From the IMG/VR virus record IMGVR_UViG_2857398645_000001: a DNA stretch of 64,000 bases; one strand, given 5' to 3'. This DNA comes from a virus. Taxonomy: Duplodnaviria > Caudoviricetes. The stretch's first letter is position 1. Every line of letters starts with the position of its first letter. Below, one piece after another: positions 1 through 9,800 of the stretch. The position numbers were made by a program, and so were the translations under genes. The notes under the pieces are model-generated. The model ran no database searches. It was not told the origin of the DNA and was given only the letters and a program-made list of their open reading frames with translations.

Positions 1-104
1 ATGTCGCTGCCCGCCCACACGGTGCAGGCGGCAGTAATCCCGGCCGCGAACCCCGCGGCGAACAGCAGGAGGCGGCCGGCGGGCCGGTTCGGGTGGCGGG
101 TCAC
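1..104 (-). CDS. Partial membrane protein downstream of endolysin (possible holin), truncated by window edge
   Basis: GTG overlaps endolysin stop (GTGA); translates VTRHPNRPAGRLLLFAAGFAAGITAACTVWAG, a hydrophobic helix. Confidence 0.4.
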   Translation of the reverse strand, partial: MTRHPNRPAGRLLLFAAGFAAGITAACTVWAGSD

Positions 105-919
105 GTGACGGGGGCGGTCCATGCGGCGTCCCATGTGGCCCGGCCGATCAGCGCGTCGACGCCCAGCCCCTTCTCGGCCTGGAACTGGCGGGCCACGCGT
201 GCGGTGCGGGGCCCGTAGAGCCCGTCCGCGTTGCCGATGCCGACCCAGCCCCGGTCGAGCATGCGCTGCTGCCACCGCCGCAGGTCAGAACGGTGGGAGT
301 AGAACCCGGACACCTGCCAGTTCGGGCCGGACTTGGGGCCAAACGCCCACCGGTGCGGGAGCGGGAAGGTCGGGGCCTTGCCGGTGGGCGGCGTACCGCC
401 ACTGCCGCCCGGGGTGCCGCCGCTCCCGGTGATCTTGCGGGCGCGGGCGACGATCTCATCGAGCTGGGCGACGATCTTCGGGCCGGGGCAGGAGGTGTGT
501 CCGCCCCACGCGGAGCCGCCCATGCCGTGCCAGCCCAGACCCCGGCCTGAGGTGGAGTTGGTGCGCTGGAGCGGGATGCCGTGGGTGCGGTGCGCCCACG
601 CGAGGATTTCGGCGTTGCGGTCAAGCTGGGCGTCGGTCAGCCGGTCACCCCCCTTGCCTTCGTTCTCGATCGAGATGCAGAAGCTGTTACCTGCGGCCTG
701 CGCCCACGCCCTGTTCGCGGTGTCCACCCACTGGTACAGGGCACCGTTCTTACCGGTCCCGAAGTGGGAGGAGGCGCGGGCGCGGGACTGCCGGAACCAG
801 GAGTCGGTTCCGGTGAGCGTGCCCTCCATGATGTGCACGACGACGATCCGCGGGGAGATCCCGCCGCCGCTGTAGTTGACGGGGATAGGGCGCCACGTGG
901 CGCCCGGCATGCGAGCCAA
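101..919 (-). CDS. Endolysin: N-acetylmuramoyl-L-alanine amidase with C-terminal peptidoglycan-binding domain
   Basis: VVVH, SSHF, SIENEG, H..CPG amidase_2 motifs; Gly/Pro linker; DGLYGPRT..FQ..GL.VDALIG PG-binding motif. Confidence 0.92.
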   Translation of the reverse strand: MARMPGATWRPIPVNYSGGGISPRIVVVHIMEGTLTGTDSWFRQSRARASSHFGTGKNGALYQWVDTANRAWAQAAGNSFCISIENEGKGGDRLTDAQLDRNAEILAWAHRTHGIPLQRTNSTSGRGLGWHGMGGSAWGGHTSCPGPKIVAQLDEIVARARKITGSGGTPGGSGGTPPTGKAPTFPLPHRWAFGPKSGPNWQVSGFYSHRSDLRRWQQRMLDRGWVGIGNADGLYGPRTARVARQFQAEKGLGVDALIGRATWDAAWTAPVT

Positions 920-945
920 GCGAGGTCCTTCCGGTTGAGGGCATG

Positions 946-969
946 AAAAAAGCCCGCACGATGGCGGGC
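946..969 (-). terminator. Intrinsic terminator just upstream of endolysin
   Basis: Minus strand GCCCGC-CATCGT-GCGGGC followed by TTTTTT. Confidence 0.75.
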
Positions 970-1066
970 GTTGGGGTGGGGGTGCTCTAGATACTTGGTG
1001 GGCTTCAGCTGGTCACATCAACTCCTTTGGGTGTGAGTATGTGGCGACCACGCTGTGTAAACCCCG

Positions 1067-1540
1067 TCAGTCGCGCCAGATGACCACGGCCATGTCCATC
1101 AGCTGGTTGAGCTCCCGCTCGATCTGCTCGCGCGAGCGCTGGTCGCGCACCACCTGCGAGACGGTGACCGGGTTTCCCCTGATCATGCGCGTGAGGTGGT
1201 AGACCGGGTACCCGTCCTGGATGGTCCAGGAGAGCCCCTTCTCCGTCGGAACGGACGATCCGGAGTGGTCGACCTGGGCCGCCGCGACTTCGGGCTCCCC
1301 CCCGTCGAGGACCGCCCGCACCGAACCGGGCGCCCATCCCAGCGTCTCTTCCAGACGGCGGATGGTGAGGTCCCGCGGGAAGCTGCGCCCGCGGCGAATA
1401 TCACGCAGCGCCTGCTCCGAGGTGCCGGCCCGGACCGCGACGTCCTTCCAACGCAGACCCAGCTCCAGGCGGCGGTCGTCCATGGCCTGATCGAGCAGGT
1501 CGTACCTGGGGTCGGCGGGGGGCGGGGTGTGCTGTTCCAT
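1067..1540 (-). CDS. XRE-type HTH regulator, paralog of the repressor N-terminal domain
   Basis: LDQAMDDRRLELGLRWKDVAVRAGTSEQALRDIRRG...LGWAPGS aligns with 62709..63419 N-terminus. Confidence 0.8.
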   Translation of the reverse strand: MEQHTPPPADPRYDLLDQAMDDRRLELGLRWKDVAVRAGTSEQALRDIRRGRSFPRDLTIRRLEETLGWAPGSVRAVLDGGEPEVAAAQVDHSGSSVPTEKGLSWTIQDGYPVYHLTRMIRGNPVTVSQVVRDQRSREQIERELNQLMDMAVVIWRD

Positions 1541-1688
1541 GACCCAAGTTTATGCCAACTTGCAGCTAGCTAGGAACAACTTTGGCCTAGTTTGCTCTTC
1601 CTGGTGGCCCGAAGCACATCCCCGCTTCCCCCCACCAGGCGACGCCGTGACCCCCCATCACCCATCCACGTGCCGAAGCGGCGAGTGT

Positions 1689-2030
1689 TCACCGTCCGCC
1701 TCCTTCCACATCGTCGACCCGTGTCGTAAGCCGGTGAACCGCGTCCTCGGTGCGCTTCACGGCGTCTTTCAGGCTGCCGCCGTTGTTGTGCTGCACCTCG
1801 TGGCGGACCTCCTCCACCCGTTCCTCCAGTGCGGCGACGCGTTCCATCAGCCCTGGGCGCGCCTCGACTCCCGCGCGCTCGGGCTCTCCGGCGAGGTCGT
1901 CCACCAGGTGCACGACCCTGCGCACCATCCGGCCGACCCGGCGGGCTCCCATCGCGAACGCCCCGACTGCGGCCACGGCCCCGGCTGCGGCGGCGTACCA
2001 CGGCTCGATGCCATTGATCCATGCGGGCAA
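1689..2030 (-). CDS. Membrane-anchored coiled-coil protein of the lysis region
   Basis: GGAGAGGAGG RBS then TTG at 2030; N-terminal hydrophobic helix; NGGSLKDAV motif typical of actinophage lysis-region proteins. Confidence 0.7.
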   Translation of the reverse strand: MPAWINGIEPWYAAAAGAVAAVGAFAMGARRVGRMVRRVVHLVDDLAGEPERAGVEARPGLMERVAALEERVEEVRHEVQHNNGGSLKDAVKRTEDAVHRLTTRVDDVEGGGR

Positions 2031-2050
2031 ACCGCCCCTCCTCTCCAGAG

Positions 2051-3052
2051 TCAGAGCGAGTACTGCCACGAGTCGAAACTGACCCACGCCGGGCGGTGGT
2101 CGGACTGGCGGCGGATGATGATCTGCCCCGGCAGCCACGACGTCGCACCGCTCGACGCGATCGTCAGATTGACGCTGTGCGACCCGCCCGCCGCCGCCAC
2201 GTGCCGCGTGTACCCGCCCGGCCGCGCCACCGCTGGCACACGGGCGATGTAGGTCTCATCGGGCATCGTCCCGCCGTTGGTACGGGCGATCATGCCGCGC
2301 AGCTCCACCCGGTCTGGGGCGATCATCCTCCACCCGGGCGTGTACCCGGAGTTGTGCCACTTCGTGTACCCCCTCCGCAACTCCAGGGGCTTCCACGGTG
2401 TGGGGTAGGCGGCGTCGACAAGGGTGCGGTACACCGGCTCCGACTGGCCGGAGGAGTGAAGAAGCTGCCCGTCATACACCCGCAGGCGGCTGGTGTCGGT
2501 CTCCCAGATCAGCGCCCCCACGTGCGGGTGGCGCGGCCGCGAATCCGAGGTGCAGGGGATCGCCCCATACGGGACGGTCCACTCCCGCACCCCCTGATCC
2601 ACCCCGCCCCCGGCCACCACCGTGGAGCCCCCCGCGATGCTGATGTGGGCCAGGCCGACCTCCCACCGCCCATCCGGTTGCCGAACAGGCATAGGGCGGG
2701 AACCGCCCGGGGTACCCTCGACCACGGCCAGCCCCACGGTTCCGGTGTCCGGGTCGGCCCGGATGGCCACCAGGTCGGTGCGCGGCGCCGACGAGGTGTT
2801 CGGGGTGACGGGGCGCTGGATAGGGGCGGTGTTGCGGTACCAGTACCCGCCGACCAGGGCATAGCCCGGGTGGATCGTGACCAGGGCGGTGCCGTCAGCG
2901 GTCACCTCGAACCGGTCGGCGTGGTCGGCCGGTTCGCCGGTGCCCCACGCCCCGTGGACGACCCCGGACGGGGCGAACTGCCTGAACCAGCGGGCGAGGT
3001 CGACGGCGCGGTCGATGGGTGAGTCGGGCATGACGCCGTACTGCTCGGCCAC
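2051..3052 (-). CDS. Minor tail / baseplate protein
   Basis: Position after Gp37-like gene; PRTDLVAIRAD, GALIWETDT and VSFDSWQYSL motifs; GTG start after AGAAAGG. Confidence 0.75.
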   Translation of the reverse strand: MAEQYGVMPDSPIDRAVDLARWFRQFAPSGVVHGAWGTGEPADHADRFEVTADGTALVTIHPGYALVGGYWYRNTAPIQRPVTPNTSSAPRTDLVAIRADPDTGTVGLAVVEGTPGGSRPMPVRQPDGRWEVGLAHISIAGGSTVVAGGGVDQGVREWTVPYGAIPCTSDSRPRHPHVGALIWETDTSRLRVYDGQLLHSSGQSEPVYRTLVDAAYPTPWKPLELRRGYTKWHNSGYTPGWRMIAPDRVELRGMIARTNGGTMPDETYIARVPAVARPGGYTRHVAAAGGSHSVNLTIASSGATSWLPGQIIIRRQSDHRPAWVSFDSWQYSL

Positions 3053-3063
3053 AGAGAGCCTTT

Positions 3064-4257
3064 CTATGCTGCTTGGAGTCGGTCCACGTCCTGCCGGAGC
3101 CGCCGCAGCGCCCGGTACACCTTGGGAATGTGGATGGGGTCGCCGACGATCGGGGTGATGGTCTGCCCGTGGTCGGGGGTGCGCCGGTAGACGACCTCGC
3201 GGATCACGTCCTGCACCGGGCCGCGGTCGGTCAGGAACGTCACCCGGTCGCCGAGGTCGACGTCCCTCCCCCACTGGATGCCCTCGGTGCCCAGCAGCTC
3301 GAACGCGACGGTTTGGGTGCCGGCGGCTTCGGCGAACCGCTCGTCGGCGAGCTGCCGTGTGGCTTCGTCGGGTGGCCGCCACTGGTCGTCGTCTTCGGAT
3401 TCGGGTTTTTCGGCGAGGTCACGCTGGTCGACGAATTCTTCGAGGCGCAGGTTCGGGAACAGCGGGGAGGTTCGGGAGTACTCGAAGAGGAGCCGGTCCT
3501 TGCCCTCCCCGCCGCACCCGTAGACCAGGTGGGTGACCTCGGGCGGGGTGAGCTCGTAGGTGTAGCTGCTGACGTTGCCGAGCTCCACCCCGAACGCCAC
3601 ATCTGAGGTGAGGTCGCGCGGCTCGTAGTACTCGAACACCAGCTCTGTTGCGTGTTGGAGGATGCGCCACCCCACCCCCGCCCCGTTCGCGACGGCGAAA
3701 AGGTGCTCGTGCAGGTCGGTGAACCGCTCCGCGCTGGCCAGCCGGGGGCCGCGGCCCTGCGATACGGGGACCGTCAGGCCGGGGTGGCGTCGGGTGCGAA
3801 GGGCGGCGGGACCGGCGTGGCGGGACAGGACGGTGCTGATGACGGTCTCAGCCGGGCCGCGGATGGTTTCCCGGTCGGTGGGGTGTTTGACGCCCTTCGG
3901 GGTGATGGGGGCCAGGTGGGACGGGTAGATGACGCGGCGGAAACCGGTGGTGTCGCAGGCCCCGGTTGCGGTGATAGTGCCCGCGCCGGTGGGGTTGGTG
4001 GTTCCGGCGTCCTGGGTGCCGGTTTCGTCGGTGATGTGGGTGATGGGGCCGGAGAACACCACTCGGCCGTCGACCTCGAAACTGATGCCTTCCCCTGTGT
4101 CGAGAAGTTCGGCCGACGGGGTGCCTGCTGCGACGGCGATCTTCCATGACCCGGCTGCGAGGTGACGGGCGTGGATTTCGAGGTCGTGCTCGTCGTCGAT
4201 CTCACCAGTGAAGTCACGGTCGTGATTGCGGACGCGGATGGCCCATTCCTCCCGCAC
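3064..4257 (-). CDS. Siphovirus Gp37-like minor tail protein
   Basis: GPAETVI, GGEGKDR, EEFVDQRD, WGRDVDLGDRV motifs; start could extend to 4293. Confidence 0.8.
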   Translation of the reverse strand: MREEWAIRVRNHDRDFTGEIDDEHDLEIHARHLAAGSWKIAVAAGTPSAELLDTGEGISFEVDGRVVFSGPITHITDETGTQDAGTTNPTGAGTITATGACDTTGFRRVIYPSHLAPITPKGVKHPTDRETIRGPAETVISTVLSRHAGPAALRTRRHPGLTVPVSQGRGPRLASAERFTDLHEHLFAVANGAGVGWRILQHATELVFEYYEPRDLTSDVAFGVELGNVSSYTYELTPPEVTHLVYGCGGEGKDRLLFEYSRTSPLFPNLRLEEFVDQRDLAEKPESEDDDQWRPPDEATRQLADERFAEAAGTQTVAFELLGTEGIQWGRDVDLGDRVTFLTDRGPVQDVIREVVYRRTPDHGQTITPIVGDPIHIPKVYRALRRLRQDVDRLQAA

Positions 4258-4419
4258 CTCTTCCCCTCTCCATTGTTCGGCTTGGGATTTCACGCGGGAG
4301 GTCTCGGGAGGTCCAACTCAGCTGAAAGTTACGGAGGTAGGCATGCGCACGCAAGAAACGCTTGGTGGCCTGCATACATGGCGTTTGTCCGATGCGTACT
4401 CAGGCCGAGCCAACTTGCT

Positions 4420-5280
4420 TCAGTAGAGAACACCCCGAGAAGTCGCACCTGAACTTTCGGACATGACCGTGTAAATCCCCGAGCCAGGGGGATATTCCAC
4501 TGAAGCACGGTGCATGCGCTGGTTAAATTCAGAAGTGGGCCATCGGGTATTCTCGTCCCACCTGATCCCTCCAAGTTTCGCCGTGTAGACTTCCACGCCA
4601 CCTGACGACAGATCCGCCCCTAGAAAATCGTTTGCCGACTCTTCAATCAAGCGAACAGCGGAACTCAAATCATTATACATACCCTTAACCTCCTGCCGAG
4701 AAATACGTGCAGAAAGCGCAGAAAAGTAAAGTTTATCTTCGTACCACCCAAGGACCATCACAATCCTTGAAACTGCACGCCATCCATCCTCAAGTTGTAT
4801 CCCGAGCCCTCTCTTGGCAACCACTTCGCGCATTTTACCCACCGCTTCATTGCGGCCATACCTCAACCGAAGAAGATGATGAGGGACCGGACGGCCTCGA
4901 TTTGTTTTTCCGCGTAGAATGTAGTCATCAGACACAAGAATCGCCCTACTTCGAACTGAGCCCAGAAAATCGAGGACGTCAGCGAGGACATCTGAAAGCT
5001 GGAGAATTACAGCACGAAACACAAGTCGTTGAATCGGCGAAACTCGGCGCAATATGCTCGCCGCTGATGTTAGCGAACCATGGATACTTCGCTTCGCCAG
5101 TTCCTCTTGCACCTGACCTGCAACCTCCGCCGCTGTTAGGCGGTTCATAGCCCGACTGCAGACCAGGCCCACAGGGAGAGGCACAGAGCGACCTGAGGTA
5201 TGTGGTCGCCGAAATCCCGGAGACCGCAGAGAGAACGCGGCCAGCACCCGCCCCAGGAAGCTCTCAGCATTCAGGGTCAT
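4420..5280 (-). CDS. Hypothetical protein (low-GC insert in tail module); start uncertain
   Basis: ATGA-coupled to upstream membrane gene; C-terminal DFLGADL..GIRWDENTRWP motif; visibly AT-richer. Confidence 0.6.
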   Translation of the reverse strand: MTLNAESFLGRVLAAFSLRSPGFRRPHTSGRSVPLPVGLVCSRAMNRLTAAEVAGQVQEELAKRSIHGSLTSAASILRRVSPIQRLVFRAVILQLSDVLADVLDFLGSVRSRAILVSDDYILRGKTNRGRPVPHHLLRLRYGRNEAVGKMREVVAKRGLGIQLEDGWRAVSRIVMVLGWYEDKLYFSALSARISRQEVKGMYNDLSSAVRLIEESANDFLGADLSSGGVEVYTAKLGGIRWDENTRWPTSEFNQRMHRASVEYPPGSGIYTVMSESSGATSRGVLY

Positions 5281-5837
5281 TCCGCACCTCCCTCACCTAT
5301 TTTCCTCTGACGCCCTTCTGTTGAACGAGGATGCTGAACCTCATGCCTTGTGTTTATTCCCCCCTCAGGGCTCTCCGGCACGTCACCTGGCGGACACACA
5401 TCGGGTTGGCTACTGCCATCCAAATGGCTGATTTGCTGCGCTGTATCGACGAGGCCGTTCATAGCCGCGCGTCCGACGTTCCTCACCGCGAGTGGCACCA
5501 GGGTGGCCAGCAGTTGCGCAGCTGAGAGCGCCCCCAAGCCCACCAGAAAGGCAACGAGCGGGTTCATGGACTGCGGGAACGTTGCCCCGATCGCACCTGC
5601 GACCACACTGCTGACGAAGAGCCCGAGGCCCACTGCCACAAAGTAGGCGCCTGCCCCTGGAGCTGGAAGGCGTTCCTCTCCCGGCCTCACGTCCGGCAGC
5701 CTCTGGGATGGGTTTAGGGGGTCCGCTCTCACCTTCCAGGGTGCCTGGCCATGCCACATGATCGATCTAATGGCGACGAGAGCATGCGAAACACCACCTC
5801 CCCCTAGCCCCCAGATGGCTACCCAGTACCAATCCAT
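5277..5837 (-). CDS. Three-helix membrane protein (insert in tail module)
   Basis: Three hydrophobic segments followed by a polar tail. Confidence 0.65.
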   Translation of the reverse strand: MDWYWVAIWGLGGGGVSHALVAIRSIMWHGQAPWKVRADPLNPSQRLPDVRPGEERLPAPGAGAYFVAVGLGLFVSSVVAGAIGATFPQSMNPLVAFLVGLGALSAAQLLATLVPLAVRNVGRAAMNGLVDTAQQISHLDGSSQPDVCPPGDVPESPEGGINTRHEVQHPRSTEGRQRKIGEGGAE

Positions 5838-5907
5838 GCGTAAAGGTTAGGTTGGATTGGCCCCCTCGTGAGGAATTTCTAGGAAATTCACCAGCGCGCA
5901 CCATGCG

Positions 5908-6873
5908 TCAGCACGTAGCAGCGATTGGTGTGTAGCGGAGAACAAGTCGGGAATTATCGGACATCTGTCCCGTCTCGGCATCGATGGTGTTGTCTCCTGG
6001 CCGTAGCGGCCACAGCGTTGAACCGGGCTGGGTGAGGTAACGGTAGGCGTTGGCCCCGTCCAACCGCACGGACTTGCGGCGGGGCCGGGTGTCGATGACC
6101 AGCGTCTCCCCCTCACCGATGGCACGGTCGATCTCCAGCCACTTCCCCGTCGTCCGGTTGGCCAGCCGCACCCCCGGCCCCAGCGGGCCCTTGAGTTCCC
6201 ACACCGGCCAGGTGCGCACCCCTCCCTCGATGCGGATGGGCATGCCGGGGCCGATCGCGGTGGAGTCGCGGACACGCACCGGCAGGATCGGCAACCAGGT
6301 GCCGTCGTCGCCGGTGGGGCCTCGGTAGATGAGTTCCACCGGATCCAGCTCCCAGTACGGTTGCTCGCACCTGAACTTCAGCCCGAGCGTGGCCCAGGTG
6401 AGGCCTTCGTGGTCGCGGCCCATGTCGCCCTCCGCGCCGCCCTCGTAGTGGGCTGTGATGCGGCGCCGGGTGCCGTCGAACTCGGTGACAGTGATCGTCC
6501 CGGCCCCACCCCCGTGGGCGGGGAACGGGTCGAGATCCCTGGCGAGGGCGCGGCGCCGGTCGATGATGTCGCGGCGTGATTCCCCGTGGACCCTGATAGG
6601 GAGGAAGACCTCCCGGGGCAGTGCGCGCACCCCGGCCACCTGGTCGCCGTCGAGCACCCCGGACTCGCGCCTGTAGTACTCGTACTCCGGCATGCCCAGC
6701 CCGCGGGCACCGTCGAGCAGCGTGCACCCGCCTGCCCAGTCGGAGAGCACCGTCACCCGCCCGGCGGCCGATGTCCAGGTGATGCGGGTGGTGTAGTCGA
6801 CGGGCCGAACCCACCCGGGTGGCCTGCCCCCACCGCCGGTCTCGGGGGGTGGGGGCAGGTAGATGATCGGCAC
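5908..6873 (-). CDS. Distal tail protein (Dit-like)
   Basis: Directly after tape measure; RGLGMP, REVFLPI, LWPLRPGDN motifs. Confidence 0.85.
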   Translation of the reverse strand: MPIIYLPPPPETGGGGRPPGWVRPVDYTTRITWTSAAGRVTVLSDWAGGCTLLDGARGLGMPEYEYYRRESGVLDGDQVAGVRALPREVFLPIRVHGESRRDIIDRRRALARDLDPFPAHGGGAGTITVTEFDGTRRRITAHYEGGAEGDMGRDHEGLTWATLGLKFRCEQPYWELDPVELIYRGPTGDDGTWLPILPVRVRDSTAIGPGMPIRIEGGVRTWPVWELKGPLGPGVRLANRTTGKWLEIDRAIGEGETLVIDTRPRRKSVRLDGANAYRYLTQPGSTLWPLRPGDNTIDAETGQMSDNSRLVLRYTPIAATC

Positions 6874-6877
6874 GCTC

Positions 6878-9800
6878 TCACCTCACTGTCGGGTGCAGGG
6901 CCTCGTAGTCCCGCAACGCGGTGACGACCTGGCGGGCCGTGGACCGGGGCGCCCGGGTTTCGGTGATGTGGAAGGTGTGGCCCTCCCGGGCGGCCGGCTC
7001 CCTGTTCCGGTCGGCTCGGATGTCGGCCCACTGCTCCCGGGTGAGCACCGGCTCCGGGCCACCAGTGGCATTGGCCACCAGGTTCAGCCCCGGGGGCAGC
7101 CACCCGCCGTCGTCATACAGCGTCGGCACACCTATCGACGCGCGCAGCGCCTGGGTGAGCAGCGGCGTCGTCGCCGCCGTGTTGTCCGCGCGGTCCTGGA
7201 GGAGGAAGTCCTTCCAGTCGATGATGCCGCCAGTGGCCATGGCCTTGGGCCGCAGGATCGCGGTGGCGGAGTTGACGTACCCCTTGTTGATGCGGACCGC
7301 GTTCGACTCGTTGCCGCCCACCGTGGTGTTGCGGTCGACCACGATGTTGATGTGGCCGTTTCCGCGGTAGGTGGCGAGGTCACCGGTCCGCCGCTCGCTC
7401 AACGGAACATGCTTCATTCCCCCGTTGAACGATGCGACGGCTGCCGACCAGATGTTGTTGTACCGGTCGGCGACCTTCGCGTCCTTGATGATCTTGGACA
7501 CGAACATGGCGCACCACGGCAGGCCGTTCATTCCGAACGCCCGGGTGAACTCGTTGGAGTAGTCCGAGCCGCCGAAGTTGCCGACCTTGGACTTCGCGAG
7601 CTTGATCATGCTGCCGAAGTCGCCGCCGAGCTTCGGCTCGATGACCTTGCCCAACCAGGAGGTCAGGCCGCTGATCATCGACTTGGGTAGTTTCGCCACG
7701 GCGTCGCCGAAGCGGCCCATGCGGCCGCCGCCGATCGCCGCCAGGGTCTCCCCCACCAGCGGGTCCAACGCGGCCTTGGCGGTCTTTTTCAGCCCGCCGG
7801 TGAACCCGTCCGTGGCGGCCCTGGCGAAGCTGCCGATGCGGTCGAGGATGCCGCCGTTGGCGAACGCCTGGTGGGGGACCATCCCGGACAGGGCGTTGCG
7901 CACCCCGGCGGTGCCTCCGCTGCGGGCGGCCGAGTTGATCGCGTTGACCCACCCGGGACCCACAGCTGCGGTGAATTCGGGGCGCATGACGGATTCGCCG
8001 CCGGACAGGTCGAGAATTCCGCCTGTCGGTGAGAAGAACCGGTGCACGTCCTTGCCGGGGGTGTACCCTGGAAGTGTGCCGCCGTCAGCGAATGCCATCC
8101 GAGAGAGCTTGTCCATTTTGACAAGCCCAGCGACCTTGTTCCAAACCGCTCGGATACCGTTGTTATAGACGGTGTCCACAACGAATTGGACCGGTTTCTT
8201 CGTGGCAGACCGGATCTTATCCCAAGCAGTCTTGATGCCCTGCTGCGCCCGTTCGAAAGCCCTGATGCTCTTCGCGCGGAAATCCTCGAACACCTTGACT
8301 GTTCGGTCGCGGAGTGATGACGCCCGCTGCGCCACCCAATCCCGAAGTGTCGCGACCAGCTGAGCGGGTTTATCCCGCACCGCAGTGAAGATCGAAACTG
8401 TTTTGTTCCGCAAGTCCGCGTAGGTGGAAACCGCCCGGTCACGAAGCGACACCGCGCGCTGAACGACCTGGTCACGCATGCCCTGCACACGGCTGATCGC
8501 GTCATCGCGCAAACCGGTGAAGAGCCCGACCACGCGGTTCTTCAGATCGACCGCTGTCTGCACCATGTCATCGCGAAGTTCAGCGAACTTCGAACCGACT
8601 TCGGAGACCTTGGAAGAGATCGCCTGACCGACCAGCGACATCAGCCCGGTGAACTTCTCAGTCAGCCATTTACCGAGCTCGAAGACAATGACACCGAGAA
8701 CATAGAGAACAGCGGCCGCCACCCCGAGCAGAAGCGCGGGGATACCAGCGACGACCACCGCGACCGCGATCCCCAGGCCAGCGAGGATCTTCGGCCCCCA
8801 CTCGGCCAGCCAATCGACGATATTCGCCGCGTTATCAACAGCGGAACTGAGTTTCGCGGGAAGTTCTTTCGCCCACTCAACAGCGGAATCCGCTAGCCCA
8901 CGCAGTTTCTCAAGCGCTTTGTCTTTAAGCCCGTCGACCCATTCGACAATGGCGCCTGTGTCGATCGCTTCGCTGATCTTTCCGGGGATCGACTTGACCC
9001 GATCGACAATGGACTGCGCGAACCCAGTCAGGTGCTCGTGGGCTTTGCCGGGCAGCTCCTTCAGCCACTCCAGCGCCGCGTCGCCGATCTCCGAGACACG
9101 CGGCCCGACCCGCCCTGGGAGCTCGGTGGCCCACGCGATGATGTCGTCGCCCAGCCCGGTCAGCCACCCGGCGATGTCCTGCCCTATGCGGGTGAGGTTG
9201 TCCAGGTCGAGGATCCCGGCCAGCAGATCCATGAGCCCCTGGCCGAGGTCGACCATGGCGTCGTAGAACCGGGCGGGCAGGTCGCCGGCCCACGCCACCA
9301 GGTCGTCGCCGCGGGCTTTGAGCCAGTCAGCGGCCTGCGCACCGGCGTCCTGCAACGCGGTGACAATCTCGGAGAAGCTGGGCGGGTCGGTGAAGACGCC
9401 GACCAGGGCGTCCCACCCGTCGACGAGGGCGTCCCACGCCGCAGACGAGGCGTCGACGACCCAGTCCCAGCCCGCGACGATGGCATCCCAGGTGACCTGG
9501 CACGCCCACACCACGGGTTGGAGGACCGACATGATCGCCGCGCCCATGGCGTTGAGCCCGTCGCGGAACCACTCGCAGTGCTGGTAGGCCTCGTAGATGG
9601 CCACCCCGAGCAGCACCAGGCCGGTGATGATCAGCCCGACCGGGTGGGCATTCCAGGCGACATTCAACGCCCACTGGGCCGCGGTCCACGCCAGGGTGGT
9701 GCCGCGAACGATCTTGACCCACGTGTTGTAGGCCTTCATGCCGAGGACGCTGCGGCCCTGGGCGGTGGCCTGCTGGTTCCACAGGAGGGTTTGGGAGCGG

